From a virus (taxonomy: Duplodnaviria > Caudoviricetes), in IMG/VR virus record IMGVR_UViG_3300028591_000103, positions 87,639 to 151,638 of that record: 64,000 bases of DNA; one strand, 5' to 3'. Below are positions 19,901-29,177 of this stretch, piece after piece; positions within the stretch are counted from its first letter, which is position 1, and each line of letters starts with the position of its first letter. The position numbers were made by a program, and so were the translations under genes. A model generated the notes under the pieces. It was given only the letters and a program-made list of their open reading frames with translations. It was not told the origin of the DNA and did no database searches.

Positions 19901-21155
19901 ATTTCAACGGTTTAATCGGAGGAGGGAGTGGTACATCTGTTACGGAAGAAACAGCACCAGTGTTCAATTCCTTTAAACGAATTTGACCGATGTTTGAACG
20001 CAATCTCATCTCACGTGCTGATGTGACTGTATTCATTGTACTTTGATCATTTGAAACCTCACGAGATCCTGCCAATTGGGAAGAAGCTTGATTGATTAAT
20101 TGATTCTCTACAGGATGATCTCCACCTTGTTCCAGATCTTGAGAGATTCGTTTATAATCCGATACAGGTGCATTATTCGGAGAAATACGATGAATCAACG
20201 ATGCATTGATTTCAAATGTCTTTGCATTGTATAATTCATCTTTCTCTGTTTCTGTAGAATCAATACCGAATCGATCTTTGATATTCTTCAAAGATTGTTT
20301 GAGATTCCCTGAACCACCATCTGTATTGGTGGCATTTTCTCCCTGATCTGATTCCGATGTATCTGCATTGATTTCATCCATCAAATCGTCAATGCTGGAA
20401 TCACTCATAGATGCGGGCTTTGATGATACTCCTTTAAAAGGAACACCGATTGTTGAACAAATGTTCTGCAAAGCTTCGGAATCACTCGGCATGATAGAAC
20501 GCAAATCCAGTTTATAATCTGCTCCGGTAGAACGAAGGATCACTGTTGTATCTTGTGTGGATTTTGTTTGACCAGCAATACAAGCTCCCAACAGACCATT
20601 GATCAAATCCGCGTTCATGGAATCTTTACTGCTTCCATCATAAATTTTCACACGGTCTGTATTCACAACCCATATTCTTCGTTTTGCCCCAGAGAACATT
20701 TGGGCAATTGTATTCATCATCCCAATAACATGATTACCCATATATTCGGGAGACAATTCTCGAATGATACGGTTCAGTTGATAACATACATCCGAAATCG
20801 GGACATACACATTTGTATTTGCCGTTCTTTTAATCGGATATGGTTCTACCGTTAATTGCGGAACCATCTTCTGTTTCATCAAGTATTCGACACGTTTTTT
20901 ATATTCCTGCTGAGATAGTTGATACTTGAAATTCATTGGACCTATCTTACTTGCGACGGAATACGGAATAATAATATTTTTGTAATTGGTACGAGGTGGT
21001 GGCATTTTCTTGATCAATTCCAGATCATATTCATAAGAACCTGCCATCAAAAATACAACAACATTATCCTTCTGATCCGGAAGCGCATATGGTGTTGATA
21101 CCGGTTGCAAATTTCTTCCAGTGGAAAGATCTGTTGCTTCTTGAATAAAGCTCAT
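16959..21155 (-). CDS. phage multisubunit RNA polymerase beta subunit, virion type (phiKZ gp178-like)
   Basis: RpoB-like motifs STPNSNNVGINRQL, ATSQTGH, TYEDAG, VKVGDEVEIGDPL, GDK..SKQVIS; about 1400 aa with a long N-terminal extension; RBS supports a start at 21155. Confidence 0.85.
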   Translation of the reverse strand: MSFIQEATDLSTGRNLQPVSTPYALPDQKDNVVVFLMAGSYEYDLELIKKMPPPRTNYKNIIIPYSVASKIGPMNFKYQLSQQEYKKRVEYLMKQKMVPQLTVEPYPIKRTANTNVYVPISDVCYQLNRIIRELSPEYMGNHVIGMMNTIAQMFSGAKRRIWVVNTDRVKIYDGSSKDSMNADLINGLLGACIAGQTKSTQDTTVILRSTGADYKLDLRSIMPSDSEALQNICSTIGVPFKGVSSKPASMSDSSIDDLMDEINADTSESDQGENATNTDGGSGNLKQSLKNIKDRFGIDSTETEKDELYNAKTFEINASLIHRISPNNAPVSDYKRISQDLEQGGDHPVENQLINQASSQLAGSREVSNDQSTMNTVTSAREMRLRSNIGQIRLKELNTGAVSSVTDVPLPPPIKPLKLTTTNHGALHGSSFPMISKEYEEKMMDQDIVATFMTLQKLPEGFVVTNVEVTDISDSTSLMHNWKVSLKNKKTGTQSHINIRIPKMVNGKFLYNGSWYTIGKQEFPIPILKINKKLVMLTSNYNKISVQRYDTKSLVDLTLLMKAVAQKNDANGKNPYVKYGSSSVTNSRFVSTIEYDEFAKKWFSYENKERKCRIIFNREQCLREFNFVTVNENEFCCGMIDQVPLVINTETGLDRHNRTITDNILPTLPEEILKAYNKGKPAKLSMYAEMKLMGIMLPVGVSIAAWEGLSSLLKRSGAQYRYIGPKENAEGFMKIPFKDKTLAVQNTIQNQLLFNGFYRINTRQYTTTEFESTIMDDNSIYVDMFNQIFFKQFSQKTTFITNYHFFVDAITEDVCHHYKLPDNLCDMLVYASNLLADNNFTSESNASLYRIRSSEIIPAMIHHALAVAISKYNNAPGSKFKESKLKFNPNEIMTMLMNVQTIATSSALNPMIELHETENVSKKGFGGVNEDKAYSEAKRSFDDSMVGKIAISTPNSNNVGINRQLTVDPKLESVRGYTSTKGIDADYNDLQLASFSELLTPGTVSRDDAIRTAIATSQTGHILPTDEAEPVLVSNGVDELVAAYVSDEFAVTAQENGKVLEISDGYMIVEYASKKKQAIPVSDRYSFNPGSGFFVDNKLKSNFEPGDTFEQNDILAYHEKFFSKDSSGMVRMNVGPLAKVAFCGTYATYEDAGMITEKMSKRLGTHVTMRQASKLNATDDVESIVKVGDEVEIGDPLIVFGLGDTGDKAVDAFLKAFQSDSNSLDTAKRIIKSKHAGTVKEIRMYTTKGMDKLSPSLFELLDAHFKENIQKRKILDKHDKSNSVYKLDTLYSLPTEPINGQSIKGQHCDVMIEIYIEHGDDVSIGDKCVVYAASKQVISEVIPEGQEPFTEDDPETEISMFVSAGSIMKRMIPSMIVTASANKILVELKRHIGKIWNG

Positions 21156-21359
21156 ATATTTCACTCCTAACGAAAAAAAAAAATGGAGGTGTTTGTGTGT
21201 TTCATTTAAAACAAAACACAACTTATTATCACACATGTCCGCTGTGTGGAGCGAATCTTGATCCAGGTGAATCGTGTGATTGCCAAAAGGAGCAATCAAC
21301 TGCTCCAAAGGTTACCGAAAAGTCCGATAACAATATGAATGAAAGGGGTGTAATGAAAA

Positions 21360-21629
21360 ATGAATAGTAATAATATCCCAAAAGCAGCGTTGTATTTTAT
21401 CACATTGGAAGACATCACGGGAAATTGTCATGATGAAAATGATATCGTATACAATTTTGCGTTACCGCTTGAAAAAAGAATGGAACAATTTCTTGATGTG
21501 ATGGAGAAGAAATTCGATCATATATTCTCGCCGGATGAAATTGAAATATTATCTTCATATGGACAACATCAAGCACATGATTTCATAAATAAAGTCCGTG
21601 AATATATTTATCCTTGGATGCAACCATGA
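21360..21629 (+). CDS. hypothetical protein
   Basis: 89-aa ORF with RBS GAAAGGGGTG. Confidence 0.6.
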   Translation: MNSNNIPKAALYFITLEDITGNCHDENDIVYNFALPLEKRMEQFLDVMEKKFDHIFSPDEIEILSSYGQHQAHDFINKVREYIYPWMQP

Positions 21630-21635
21630 GTGTAA

Positions 21636-21801
21636 TTCCCAAACACTGTGGTCTTTTCCTTTCTATTCTATTTTTTTTATTCTATCGCCGGGTTACCCAT
21701 TCCCGACGATACTCCTTTCTTTTTTGAGAACGATTTCTGCCATAGGCATAATTATCATCCTTCGTGATAATCAACACCACAGATATCCGTTTGTTTGGGA
21801 A
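21636..21801 (-). ncRNA. candidate stem-closed structured RNA
   Basis: Terminal pairing ttcccaaaca/tgtttgggaa plus ctgtggt/accacag, internal hairpins and several GGA motifs. Confidence 0.4.
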
Positions 21802-21811
21802 GAAAAAATGT

Positions 21812-21833
21812 ACGGCGGGCAATTGCCCGCCGT
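21812..21833 (-). terminator. intrinsic terminator
   Basis: acggcgggc-aatt-gcccgccgt followed by a T run on the - strand. Confidence 0.7.
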
Positions 21834-21838
21834 GCGAC

Positions 21839-22456
21839 TTATAATTTGTCTCTGTCGAGAAATTCTGCTTTCAAGATTGCATTTTCCATATTCACCAATC
21901 TCTGAATCGTTGAAATGGATACAATCATTTTCTGTCTGTCTTCCGGGGAAGATTTGTAATACTTTGAAACCAACTGTGACACATTATTTACAATCGTCGG
22001 TTTCAATGTTGCAGTCATCTTTTGACGAATCTCCGCAGGTGTAATATTCCAGTATGTCAAAACATCATGGAACATATGTAAGAAGTTTACCGGTTCATCA
22101 TAGAATCCCCATGACATAATAAACTTCATATCCAAATCCGCGGATATCATTGTGACTTCACATAAAATACCTGGTTGTACCTTATGGATACTTTCCAGTA
22201 TTTCTGTCAGTTTCGATTGCGATATTGTATTTGTGTCTGAATTCAATAACTTCACAAGTCGATCATTTAACGCAGCCGGTTTAATAACACCTTCACCAAC
22301 AGCTTTGCATAATGCTGTCATCAGGATGTCGTTATTGACTTTATGCGAGAAATCAATATCCGGCTTCACCTCAACAACTTCATGAAGTTTGTTCATCGCT
22401 TCTTGCGACATCATCGATTTCGCTTCGTCCAATGTCATGATATTCATTCCTTTCAT
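21839..22456 (-). CDS. hypothetical protein
   Basis: About 200-aa ORF; TATATTAT element and 5' hairpin upstream. Confidence 0.7.
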   Translation of the reverse strand: MKGMNIMTLDEAKSMMSQEAMNKLHEVVEVKPDIDFSHKVNNDILMTALCKAVGEGVIKPAALNDRLVKLLNSDTNTISQSKLTEILESIHKVQPGILCEVTMISADLDMKFIMSWGFYDEPVNFLHMFHDVLTYWNITPAEIRQKMTATLKPTIVNNVSQLVSKYYKSSPEDRQKMIVSISTIQRLVNMENAILKAEFLDRDKL

Positions 22457-22535
22457 TTTTATTATGTTTCAAGTCGATATGCTCGACTTGTTCAGATAAA
22501 TAATATAATTATACAAAAATAAAAAATAAATAGAA

Positions 22536-22557
22536 TGGTGGGGCCGAAGCCCCACCA
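22536..22557 (-). terminator. intrinsic terminator
   Basis: tggtggggc-ttcg-gccccacca on the - strand, followed by a T-rich tract. Confidence 0.8.
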
Positions 22558-22568
22558 CACTCTGTTTA

Positions 22569-23387
22569 TTATTTGAACTTTTCGAAGAAAGATTCCTGGA
22601 TAGGTTTTCTGGTATCCCATCTGCGAAGAGAATTCATCGTGATATCCTGCTTGAACAGATAATCCATCTGCGAAATACAGTATTCAACGATTGCTGCATT
22701 GAGACCGGTCTCGTACGGAATCTGAATGCCATGCATTGCACCTTCGGTTACAATACGTCCGCAAATACGAAGAATCGTAGACTCATTGGTCTGCTCATCA
22801 GAAATCTGATTATCTTCGTTCTTCTTTTCGATCTTGTTATCAAGATCGAATACAACCGTACCACTTGCATTTTTGACAGTGTTAGCCACATCTTCAACAA
22901 CCTTGTTGGCTACGGTTTCTTTCAGACGTTCCCGCAATTCATCATAGCTCTCAATGTTCTTCAGTTCTTCCTTCATATCTTCAGCATCTGCCGTGAAAGC
23001 ATCATCCTGACGATCAACAACCTTAGATTGAACCTTCAGCGTCTTCTCGTCAATCTCCTGGACGATTCCACTGAGAATCGGGGAGTTGAGTTTATCACGG
23101 GATTTGCAAAGATAATCATAACAGCCACAACCGTAATTATCACGAATGTGTGTCATGATGGACTGATCAATCATTCCATCGAGATCTTTTGTCTCATCGT
23201 GCATCATTGCACAGATGATATCTTTGAGAACGTATAATGACAGCTTTTCACGAAACTTTCCAGCATCAAATGTTTCAGGGGTTTTCACACCCATGTTTTG
23301 ATGCATTGTGGTATTCATATCATTCGGGAACTTATTGTTCGCACCATCAATGATAGAATCCAGAATAGACTTGATATCAGCCGGCAT
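22569..23387 (-). CDS. putative virion (head) protein
   Basis: 272 aa; TNES/VTEG/IQES motifs like jumbo-phage prohead protease sites. Confidence 0.5.
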   Translation of the reverse strand: MPADIKSILDSIIDGANNKFPNDMNTTMHQNMGVKTPETFDAGKFREKLSLYVLKDIICAMMHDETKDLDGMIDQSIMTHIRDNYGCGCYDYLCKSRDKLNSPILSGIVQEIDEKTLKVQSKVVDRQDDAFTADAEDMKEELKNIESYDELRERLKETVANKVVEDVANTVKNASGTVVFDLDNKIEKKNEDNQISDEQTNESTILRICGRIVTEGAMHGIQIPYETGLNAAIVEYCISQMDYLFKQDITMNSLRRWDTRKPIQESFFEKFK

Positions 23388-23406
23388 TAGTTATTCACTC
23401 CTTTCA

Positions 23407-26400
23407 TTATAAATAATTTCCAGCCTGGCTAACATCTTTGAATTTCATATTATTACCAAAGATGATAGCTAGACCATGTTCATTATCGAAATCCCAATCA
23501 CAATCAATCATGGTATCCCATTTTGATGAGCGGTCATTCGCATAAACGTATGCCGGTCTTAGATGCTTCTCCGGATGTTCCCAATCAGCAGACTTTAGTT
23601 CGGATTCCGACATCTCAGATTTCCAGCTCTCCATGTAATCACGAATCTGTTTTCGAACAGAATCATTGAGGAGTTTCTCGCTATTCTTTACGATATCGAG
23701 AGCTTTGTAAGTGCTTTCAAGAGATATTCCTCGTGGAATTCTGACCTTGTATTCCTTGCCGAAGAAATTCATGTTTGTAGTATCATATTTCGAATCACTT
23801 TCTTTGATAGTATACAAAAGCTTTTCGAATTCATCCCAACTTTTGGCAATCTGCTTAAGACCGTTTTTTGCATCATGTACATAAGTGAATATTCTGGTAT
23901 CGGTCTTGGACTTATTGCCCATCAGGATTTCGTCACCACGTCCATTATTCGCGAGAGGAATAAATTCGGCACCAGGATGACCAGCATAATCATATTTGCC
24001 GCGATCACGCAAAGATGATTCAATGAGCCCCCATTCACATCCTTGGAACCATCCGTCAGCACCTTTGATTCCGATATCTTCAATACCGGACTCGAGTAAT
24101 CGTTTGTATCCATCTGGAAGAGATCTTCCGATAATAGATTCGCACTTAGTGATATGTGATTTGAAACGGTCTAAATCTTTTGGTGGATAGTAAGCTTCCT
24201 GAACAAAACTCGGTGCTTCTTTCTGAACCTTATCAATGAACTTTTGACCGATGGATTCAATGCCCTTGACATTGTTTGCTTTGCTTCTCTGTGCATGGAA
24301 TCCATCATTCAGCATCTTGATATATGCTTCAAAATCTTCTGCGTCCGGTTGTTCCTTTGTATCAAAGACATAAACCTTTCCGTTATAGTACAGAAGTTCG
24401 TCATCACACTGAATGACACCGAACGGGACTGTTCCTTGTGGATGTAAGAATTCAGCATCCTCTCCAACAAGTTCATCTGTCCACATCCACATGAGAATGT
24501 ATGTGTTATCGACAACCCAGTATTCGGTATCATATCCTTTTTCATCAGGAATGTTAATAGATTCATTTAATATTTCCTGATAAGCTTTCGACTTATAAAC
24601 CTTCTTGAAACCTTCAGGAAGTTTATAACCACAACCCGCTTCGATATAGTCTGTATCTGTTGGATCAGGGTTCTTAAATGAATCAAGCAATCCCTTCATG
24701 GAATCAGAAAGTTTCTTGATCTGGTTTTCACCAGACATGTCATAGACTCCATATACCTTATCCTTTACAGAATAACCGACCAGTTCATCATTGAAGCATG
24801 AGAACAGTGGAATGAATACACTGAGCTTTCTTGCTCGTTGGATTTCTTCCGGGTAATAGACTCTACAAATGATATGGTATTTAGAACCATCTTTGACCAT
24901 CATCATGTATTGTCCATGATGATCTTGACGCCATTTTACAATGCCTTTCTCCGTGGAAAGATATCGTTTCAAATCCTCCGGAAGAGGACCTGACTGGGCT
25001 TCTATCTTTTGAAGACGTTTGTCAGAACTCTTCTTCCGGAGACCGTCAAAAAAACCTTCTTGGACGGGTTCACCATCATCTGCAGGCTTTTCACGAGTCT
25101 CAAGCATCTTCAGAACACCGGTTGCTTCAGAAACAAAAGCTTGAATCATTCTCTTTACAGTCATGATTTCACTTTGTTTCACATCAGCACGCATCATCGC
25201 CATAAGATCAGATAAGCAATGATTCAACCGCAGGAGCTGTTTGATTTCGGCTTCATTGAATACTTTCTTCATCTTTGAAGCCTTATGAACGACACGATTG
25301 CATTGTCTGCCTTCCTTGCGGAATGCATCACAAAGCTCTTCGATTTCCATCTCATTGTCGTTCAATATACCAAGAGCTTTTCTGAGGTGAATATCAAGCT
25401 CCTTACCGATATTACCTCGCGTCAGAAAAAAAGCTTCTTGTGCAACATCAGGTGCGGTTCCTTCAGGAGATTGCAAGAAGTCTTTCAGCTGTTGAAGCGT
25501 CATACCCTTCAGTCTTTCAGTACCCTGTGCAAGCAGCTCATCCATCGTCATATTATCAAAATCGATATCAGAAACTTCTGATGGAGTATCTGTCATTTCA
25601 GAAGAAGTATCAGTGCCGAGTTCAGCATTCAGATCATCTTCGGTCGGTTCATCTGTTGCACCCAAATCATCAGATACATCGGACGAATTGGTTGCATCCA
25701 GATTCACATCATCTGTATTGATGTCTGCATCAGCATTGGTATCATCCGAAATCTTTTCTGCAATTTCGTTCGAAACATCGTTAACCGTAACGAGTTCCTT
25801 TTGACCATCCGCTGCAGTACCATCATCAACAGCCGGTGTATCTGTCGGCGCAGTTGCATCTGCATCTGTTGAAGGTGCGTCACCACTGATTTCGGGTGCA
25901 GAGTTGTCACCACCATCAATGGAAACAGAAGCTGCATTTGGATCTGCATCCGGAGCAGTATCAGGATTACCGAAATCAATTTCTTCCTGGAAGAATCTGG
26001 AATGTTTCGGCTTCTGATACATTGCTTCTTCCATACGAACAACATCCATCTTCGACATTGCGTTAGAAGTAACAGCACCGAGTTCCTTTGAGCTGACACG
26101 ATTCAAATCGTCTGCAGCAATAGCATTCTTCTTCTTTCCAGAATTGACAGGAATCATGAGGGCAAGATAATCTCTCTTGGTTTCACCATCAATTTCGAAT
26201 TCGAATGCTGCATGGTATTTATCAACAGGATCAACAAGAATCAGAATACGTGTTGGTGTGACGAACTTCCAGATCTTATCGATGTCAGTGCAGTTTACCT
26301 TTTCACCCCAGATTTTGAATGCTGCATCACGAATCATAACGCCGAGGCCATCGGCATCACGAATAATGTATGCAGTCTCAAGTTGCTTTCTGGTGATACG

Positions 26401-26967
26401 ATTCTTCTTGTCCAGTTCAAACAGGACAGGAAGCTTGACATAATAGTCTTTGCCGTCACATTCACCGAAATTGATTGTAACACGGGAAGGAACGCGTTCG
26501 TCATTGATATGAATCATATCACCACCGAACAAACCTTCTTGATACAATTTTTCAGTATATTCTTTATACATTTTATCCGCAGTCGCATAGACACGTTTGT
26601 CATATTGATGACCGGTTTCACGTGCGAACTGTGATAATGTTGCATATGCTTCCTGAACAAAATCATCTCTTGTCTTGAATTTGGAATAATCCGTGAATTC
26701 AGATTCTTGAACAGTCGCATCACCAGGAATATTGGTAACACGTCCATCCAACATGTTCAGTTCGAGCGAAGTGATCTCGATGTCATCTTCCAGAGGAATG
26801 CTCATTCGGTTAAACGCTCTTTGAGGTTTACCGTTCATACTGAGGTCATCCATCTCTTGGAACAGATGGGCACATTCGAGAATTGCTTCATCCATTTGTG
26901 CTTCCTGGACGGCTTCTTCATCTCGTCCAGTTTTTGCTTGAAGCTGCTTACGAATATACTCAAGCAT
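23407..26967 (-). CDS. putative internal head polyprotein with three SMI1/KNR4 (SUKH)-like domains
   Basis: Many xQE(A/G/S/E) motifs and an acidic linker, then GPLPEDLKRYL..FIPLF, GYKLPEGFKKVY..TVPFG, GRSLPDGYKRLL..FIPLANNGRGD..IAKSWDEF, and C-terminal DCDWDFDNEHGLAIIF; RBS supports a start at 26967. Confidence 0.7.
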   Translation of the reverse strand: MLEYIRKQLQAKTGRDEEAVQEAQMDEAILECAHLFQEMDDLSMNGKPQRAFNRMSIPLEDDIEITSLELNMLDGRVTNIPGDATVQESEFTDYSKFKTRDDFVQEAYATLSQFARETGHQYDKRVYATADKMYKEYTEKLYQEGLFGGDMIHINDERVPSRVTINFGECDGKDYYVKLPVLFELDKKNRITRKQLETAYIIRDADGLGVMIRDAAFKIWGEKVNCTDIDKIWKFVTPTRILILVDPVDKYHAAFEFEIDGETKRDYLALMIPVNSGKKKNAIAADDLNRVSSKELGAVTSNAMSKMDVVRMEEAMYQKPKHSRFFQEEIDFGNPDTAPDADPNAASVSIDGGDNSAPEISGDAPSTDADATAPTDTPAVDDGTAADGQKELVTVNDVSNEIAEKISDDTNADADINTDDVNLDATNSSDVSDDLGATDEPTEDDLNAELGTDTSSEMTDTPSEVSDIDFDNMTMDELLAQGTERLKGMTLQQLKDFLQSPEGTAPDVAQEAFFLTRGNIGKELDIHLRKALGILNDNEMEIEELCDAFRKEGRQCNRVVHKASKMKKVFNEAEIKQLLRLNHCLSDLMAMMRADVKQSEIMTVKRMIQAFVSEATGVLKMLETREKPADDGEPVQEGFFDGLRKKSSDKRLQKIEAQSGPLPEDLKRYLSTEKGIVKWRQDHHGQYMMMVKDGSKYHIICRVYYPEEIQRARKLSVFIPLFSCFNDELVGYSVKDKVYGVYDMSGENQIKKLSDSMKGLLDSFKNPDPTDTDYIEAGCGYKLPEGFKKVYKSKAYQEILNESINIPDEKGYDTEYWVVDNTYILMWMWTDELVGEDAEFLHPQGTVPFGVIQCDDELLYYNGKVYVFDTKEQPDAEDFEAYIKMLNDGFHAQRSKANNVKGIESIGQKFIDKVQKEAPSFVQEAYYPPKDLDRFKSHITKCESIIGRSLPDGYKRLLESGIEDIGIKGADGWFQGCEWGLIESSLRDRGKYDYAGHPGAEFIPLANNGRGDEILMGNKSKTDTRIFTYVHDAKNGLKQIAKSWDEFEKLLYTIKESDSKYDTTNMNFFGKEYKVRIPRGISLESTYKALDIVKNSEKLLNDSVRKQIRDYMESWKSEMSESELKSADWEHPEKHLRPAYVYANDRSSKWDTMIDCDWDFDNEHGLAIIFGNNMKFKDVSQAGNYL

Positions 26968-27045
26968 ATTCTTCTCTCCTTTACATTTTTTTTTTGAAAT
27001 GGGACATATATCGTTCTTAGGTACTGGAGACATTGTGTATACTAT

Positions 27046-27192
27046 TTATAGTATCACACCAAACACTTCGAGAAAAATCTCTGAAACCATGTCTGGGGTC
27101 AACTCCGATATACCAATGTCTTCCAATTCCAAATCACCCTCTAACGTTGTACCGTTGATGGTTGGTTTGTTCTCAAGATCATTGTAATCCAT
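27046..27192 (-). CDS. 48-aa protein with a tail-fibre-type DYNDLENKPTING motif
   Basis: Not in the ORF track; RBS GAGGTGA; MDYNDLENKPTINGTTLEGDLELEDIGISELTPDMVSEIFLEVFGVIL. Confidence 0.65.
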   Translation of the reverse strand: MDYNDLENKPTINGTTLEGDLELEDIGISELTPDMVSEIFLEVFGVIL

Positions 27193-27226
27193 ATGATTCA
27201 CCTCACATAGAAAGGATCGTGATTTT

Positions 27227-29155
27227 ATGAATCCATATCAAGAGTATTTGGATCGTGTTGCAACAATGTACATGCAAATGAATCCGGATAAAAATCCGGA
27301 TATCATTCGTCAACATGTACAAGAAATGACTGATCGATATTTCAAGAATATCCCATGTCAGTTGCATAATAACATCACACACGAAATGATCAATACTTCT
27401 GTATGTGATACATTCGACTGGATTGAACAACGTTCACCGATCATATCCGGAAATGGGACATTCTTCAAACAACACGACGAATATCTCGCTCCTGTTGTTG
27501 TCATGTTGGAAACATTACAAGCTGAACGTAAAGCCGTTAAGAAAGAAATGTATAAACATGACAAGAAGTCGGTAGAATACGCATTGCTCAATACAGAGCA
27601 AGGTTCGATCAAGGTCATTATGAACGCAGACTACGGTGGGTCTGGAACAACGTTGTCTCCGTTCTATAGTTGTTATATCCCGCCAGCGACGACGGGATCA
27701 GCTAAGGTCATGACCACGACCTTAATCTGTTGTCTGGAGATGCTTTCTGGCAATAAAGATAAGTGGGCTATGATGCAAAACATCAATGGCTTATATGATT
27801 TCATCAATATCGTATTGACCGATGAAGAAGAAAGAGAAATCATTGATGTGAAATATGATGTGCAAGAAGTAGCCGGTGCGTTATTGTCATTTGTACAAAA
27901 TTATTCGGTTTCTGATTGTATGTATTTGAAGAGGTATCTTGCGACATTGACAGATCAACAGAGAACAAAATTGAGACATGCATTCCAAGTCAAATATGTT
28001 CTGACAACATATCTCGCTGATGAGATTCATATGTGTATGGATTATCTGAAAGCACATCAGATTGATTGGAATAATATCACAAAAGAATCTTTACAGGTGT
28101 CTGGATTTGGTACAGATATTCCTGAAGAGATTAAAACATATGTCGAAAGAATCAATAAAGTGATTCTGGATAATTGTTGTTATCCATTCATATTGAATGA
28201 CAATGAAGTCCGTGCTGCAGAAATGAGGAATCGTTTAATCGTATGCGTCACAGATACAGATTCATTGATGGTTCACTTTGCATCCTATGTCGATGAATTC
28301 CAATCAAGAGTGTCAAACTTCCGCGACAGTTGTATCCTTGCATCAGCACTTGGAATGCGTTTATTTGTTGAAGCAATCATTCCAAAGATGGTGAAGTATC
28401 TGACGATTGGTTGTAATATTAAAGATGAATACTATCGAAAGAAGTTCGTCTTTAAAAATGAATTTGGATTCTTGGCAATGGCGCTGATTGCAAAGAAGAT
28501 GTATGCATCATCCATGTTTGTTCAAGAAGGAACACCGCGTGACATTCATGATATTGCTGTATCCGGTTTGTCATTTAAGAAAAGAGACGCTGCAGAATTC
28601 TTGGAAGAGATCATGGTTCATCTGTATGATAAATACATCCTGACTGCTGATCATGTTTCTGTCGAAGGTATCTTAAATGATTATCAAAATCTGAGAGAAA
28701 AGCTTCGTTCGGAATTGGATCATAATCCCAAGTATTATCAGGTGCTTGGATTGAAGGATGTATCAGCATACGATCCAAACAAGATTCTTCCAGAACAAAT
28801 GCGTGGCGCTATTATATGGAATCATCTCATGCCGGATGAGCAGTTACTTCCGATGGATCGTGTTATCGTAATTCGATTGTCATTTGATAAAATGAGAGAA
28901 CATGCAAGTGATGATCCAAAGATTGCCGAAGTATTACGTTTAACATTGATCAATAATGAGAAGATGAAAGATACACCATTTATTTGTTTACCGGAACAAT
29001 ATCGGGAGATTCCGGAATGGATCAGACCAATTATAGATAAGGAGGGATGTATCGATAAACTCCTGACACCATTCAAACAGTTGTTGAGTTTGTTTGATGT
29101 CATGGTCGCAGATACGAAAGCTGGTTCTGTTTCCAGCCGAATGATCTGTCTATAA
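27227..29155 (+). CDS. family B DNA polymerase, catalytic subunit (split jumbo-phage type)
   Basis: KVIMNADYG (motif B), VTDTDS (motif C), KKMYA; no exonuclease domain recognised. Confidence 0.85.
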   Translation: MNPYQEYLDRVATMYMQMNPDKNPDIIRQHVQEMTDRYFKNIPCQLHNNITHEMINTSVCDTFDWIEQRSPIISGNGTFFKQHDEYLAPVVVMLETLQAERKAVKKEMYKHDKKSVEYALLNTEQGSIKVIMNADYGGSGTTLSPFYSCYIPPATTGSAKVMTTTLICCLEMLSGNKDKWAMMQNINGLYDFINIVLTDEEEREIIDVKYDVQEVAGALLSFVQNYSVSDCMYLKRYLATLTDQQRTKLRHAFQVKYVLTTYLADEIHMCMDYLKAHQIDWNNITKESLQVSGFGTDIPEEIKTYVERINKVILDNCCYPFILNDNEVRAAEMRNRLIVCVTDTDSLMVHFASYVDEFQSRVSNFRDSCILASALGMRLFVEAIIPKMVKYLTIGCNIKDEYYRKKFVFKNEFGFLAMALIAKKMYASSMFVQEGTPRDIHDIAVSGLSFKKRDAAEFLEEIMVHLYDKYILTADHVSVEGILNDYQNLREKLRSELDHNPKYYQVLGLKDVSAYDPNKILPEQMRGAIIWNHLMPDEQLLPMDRVIVIRLSFDKMREHASDDPKIAEVLRLTLINNEKMKDTPFICLPEQYREIPEWIRPIIDKEGCIDKLLTPFKQLLSLFDVMVADTKAGSVSSRMICL

Positions 29156-29177
29156 TTGAAGAAAGGAGGTATGATGT

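Noticed and set aside
21598-22044. 148-aa + strand ORF
   Set aside because: Runs through a structured intergenic region and antisense to a better-supported gene
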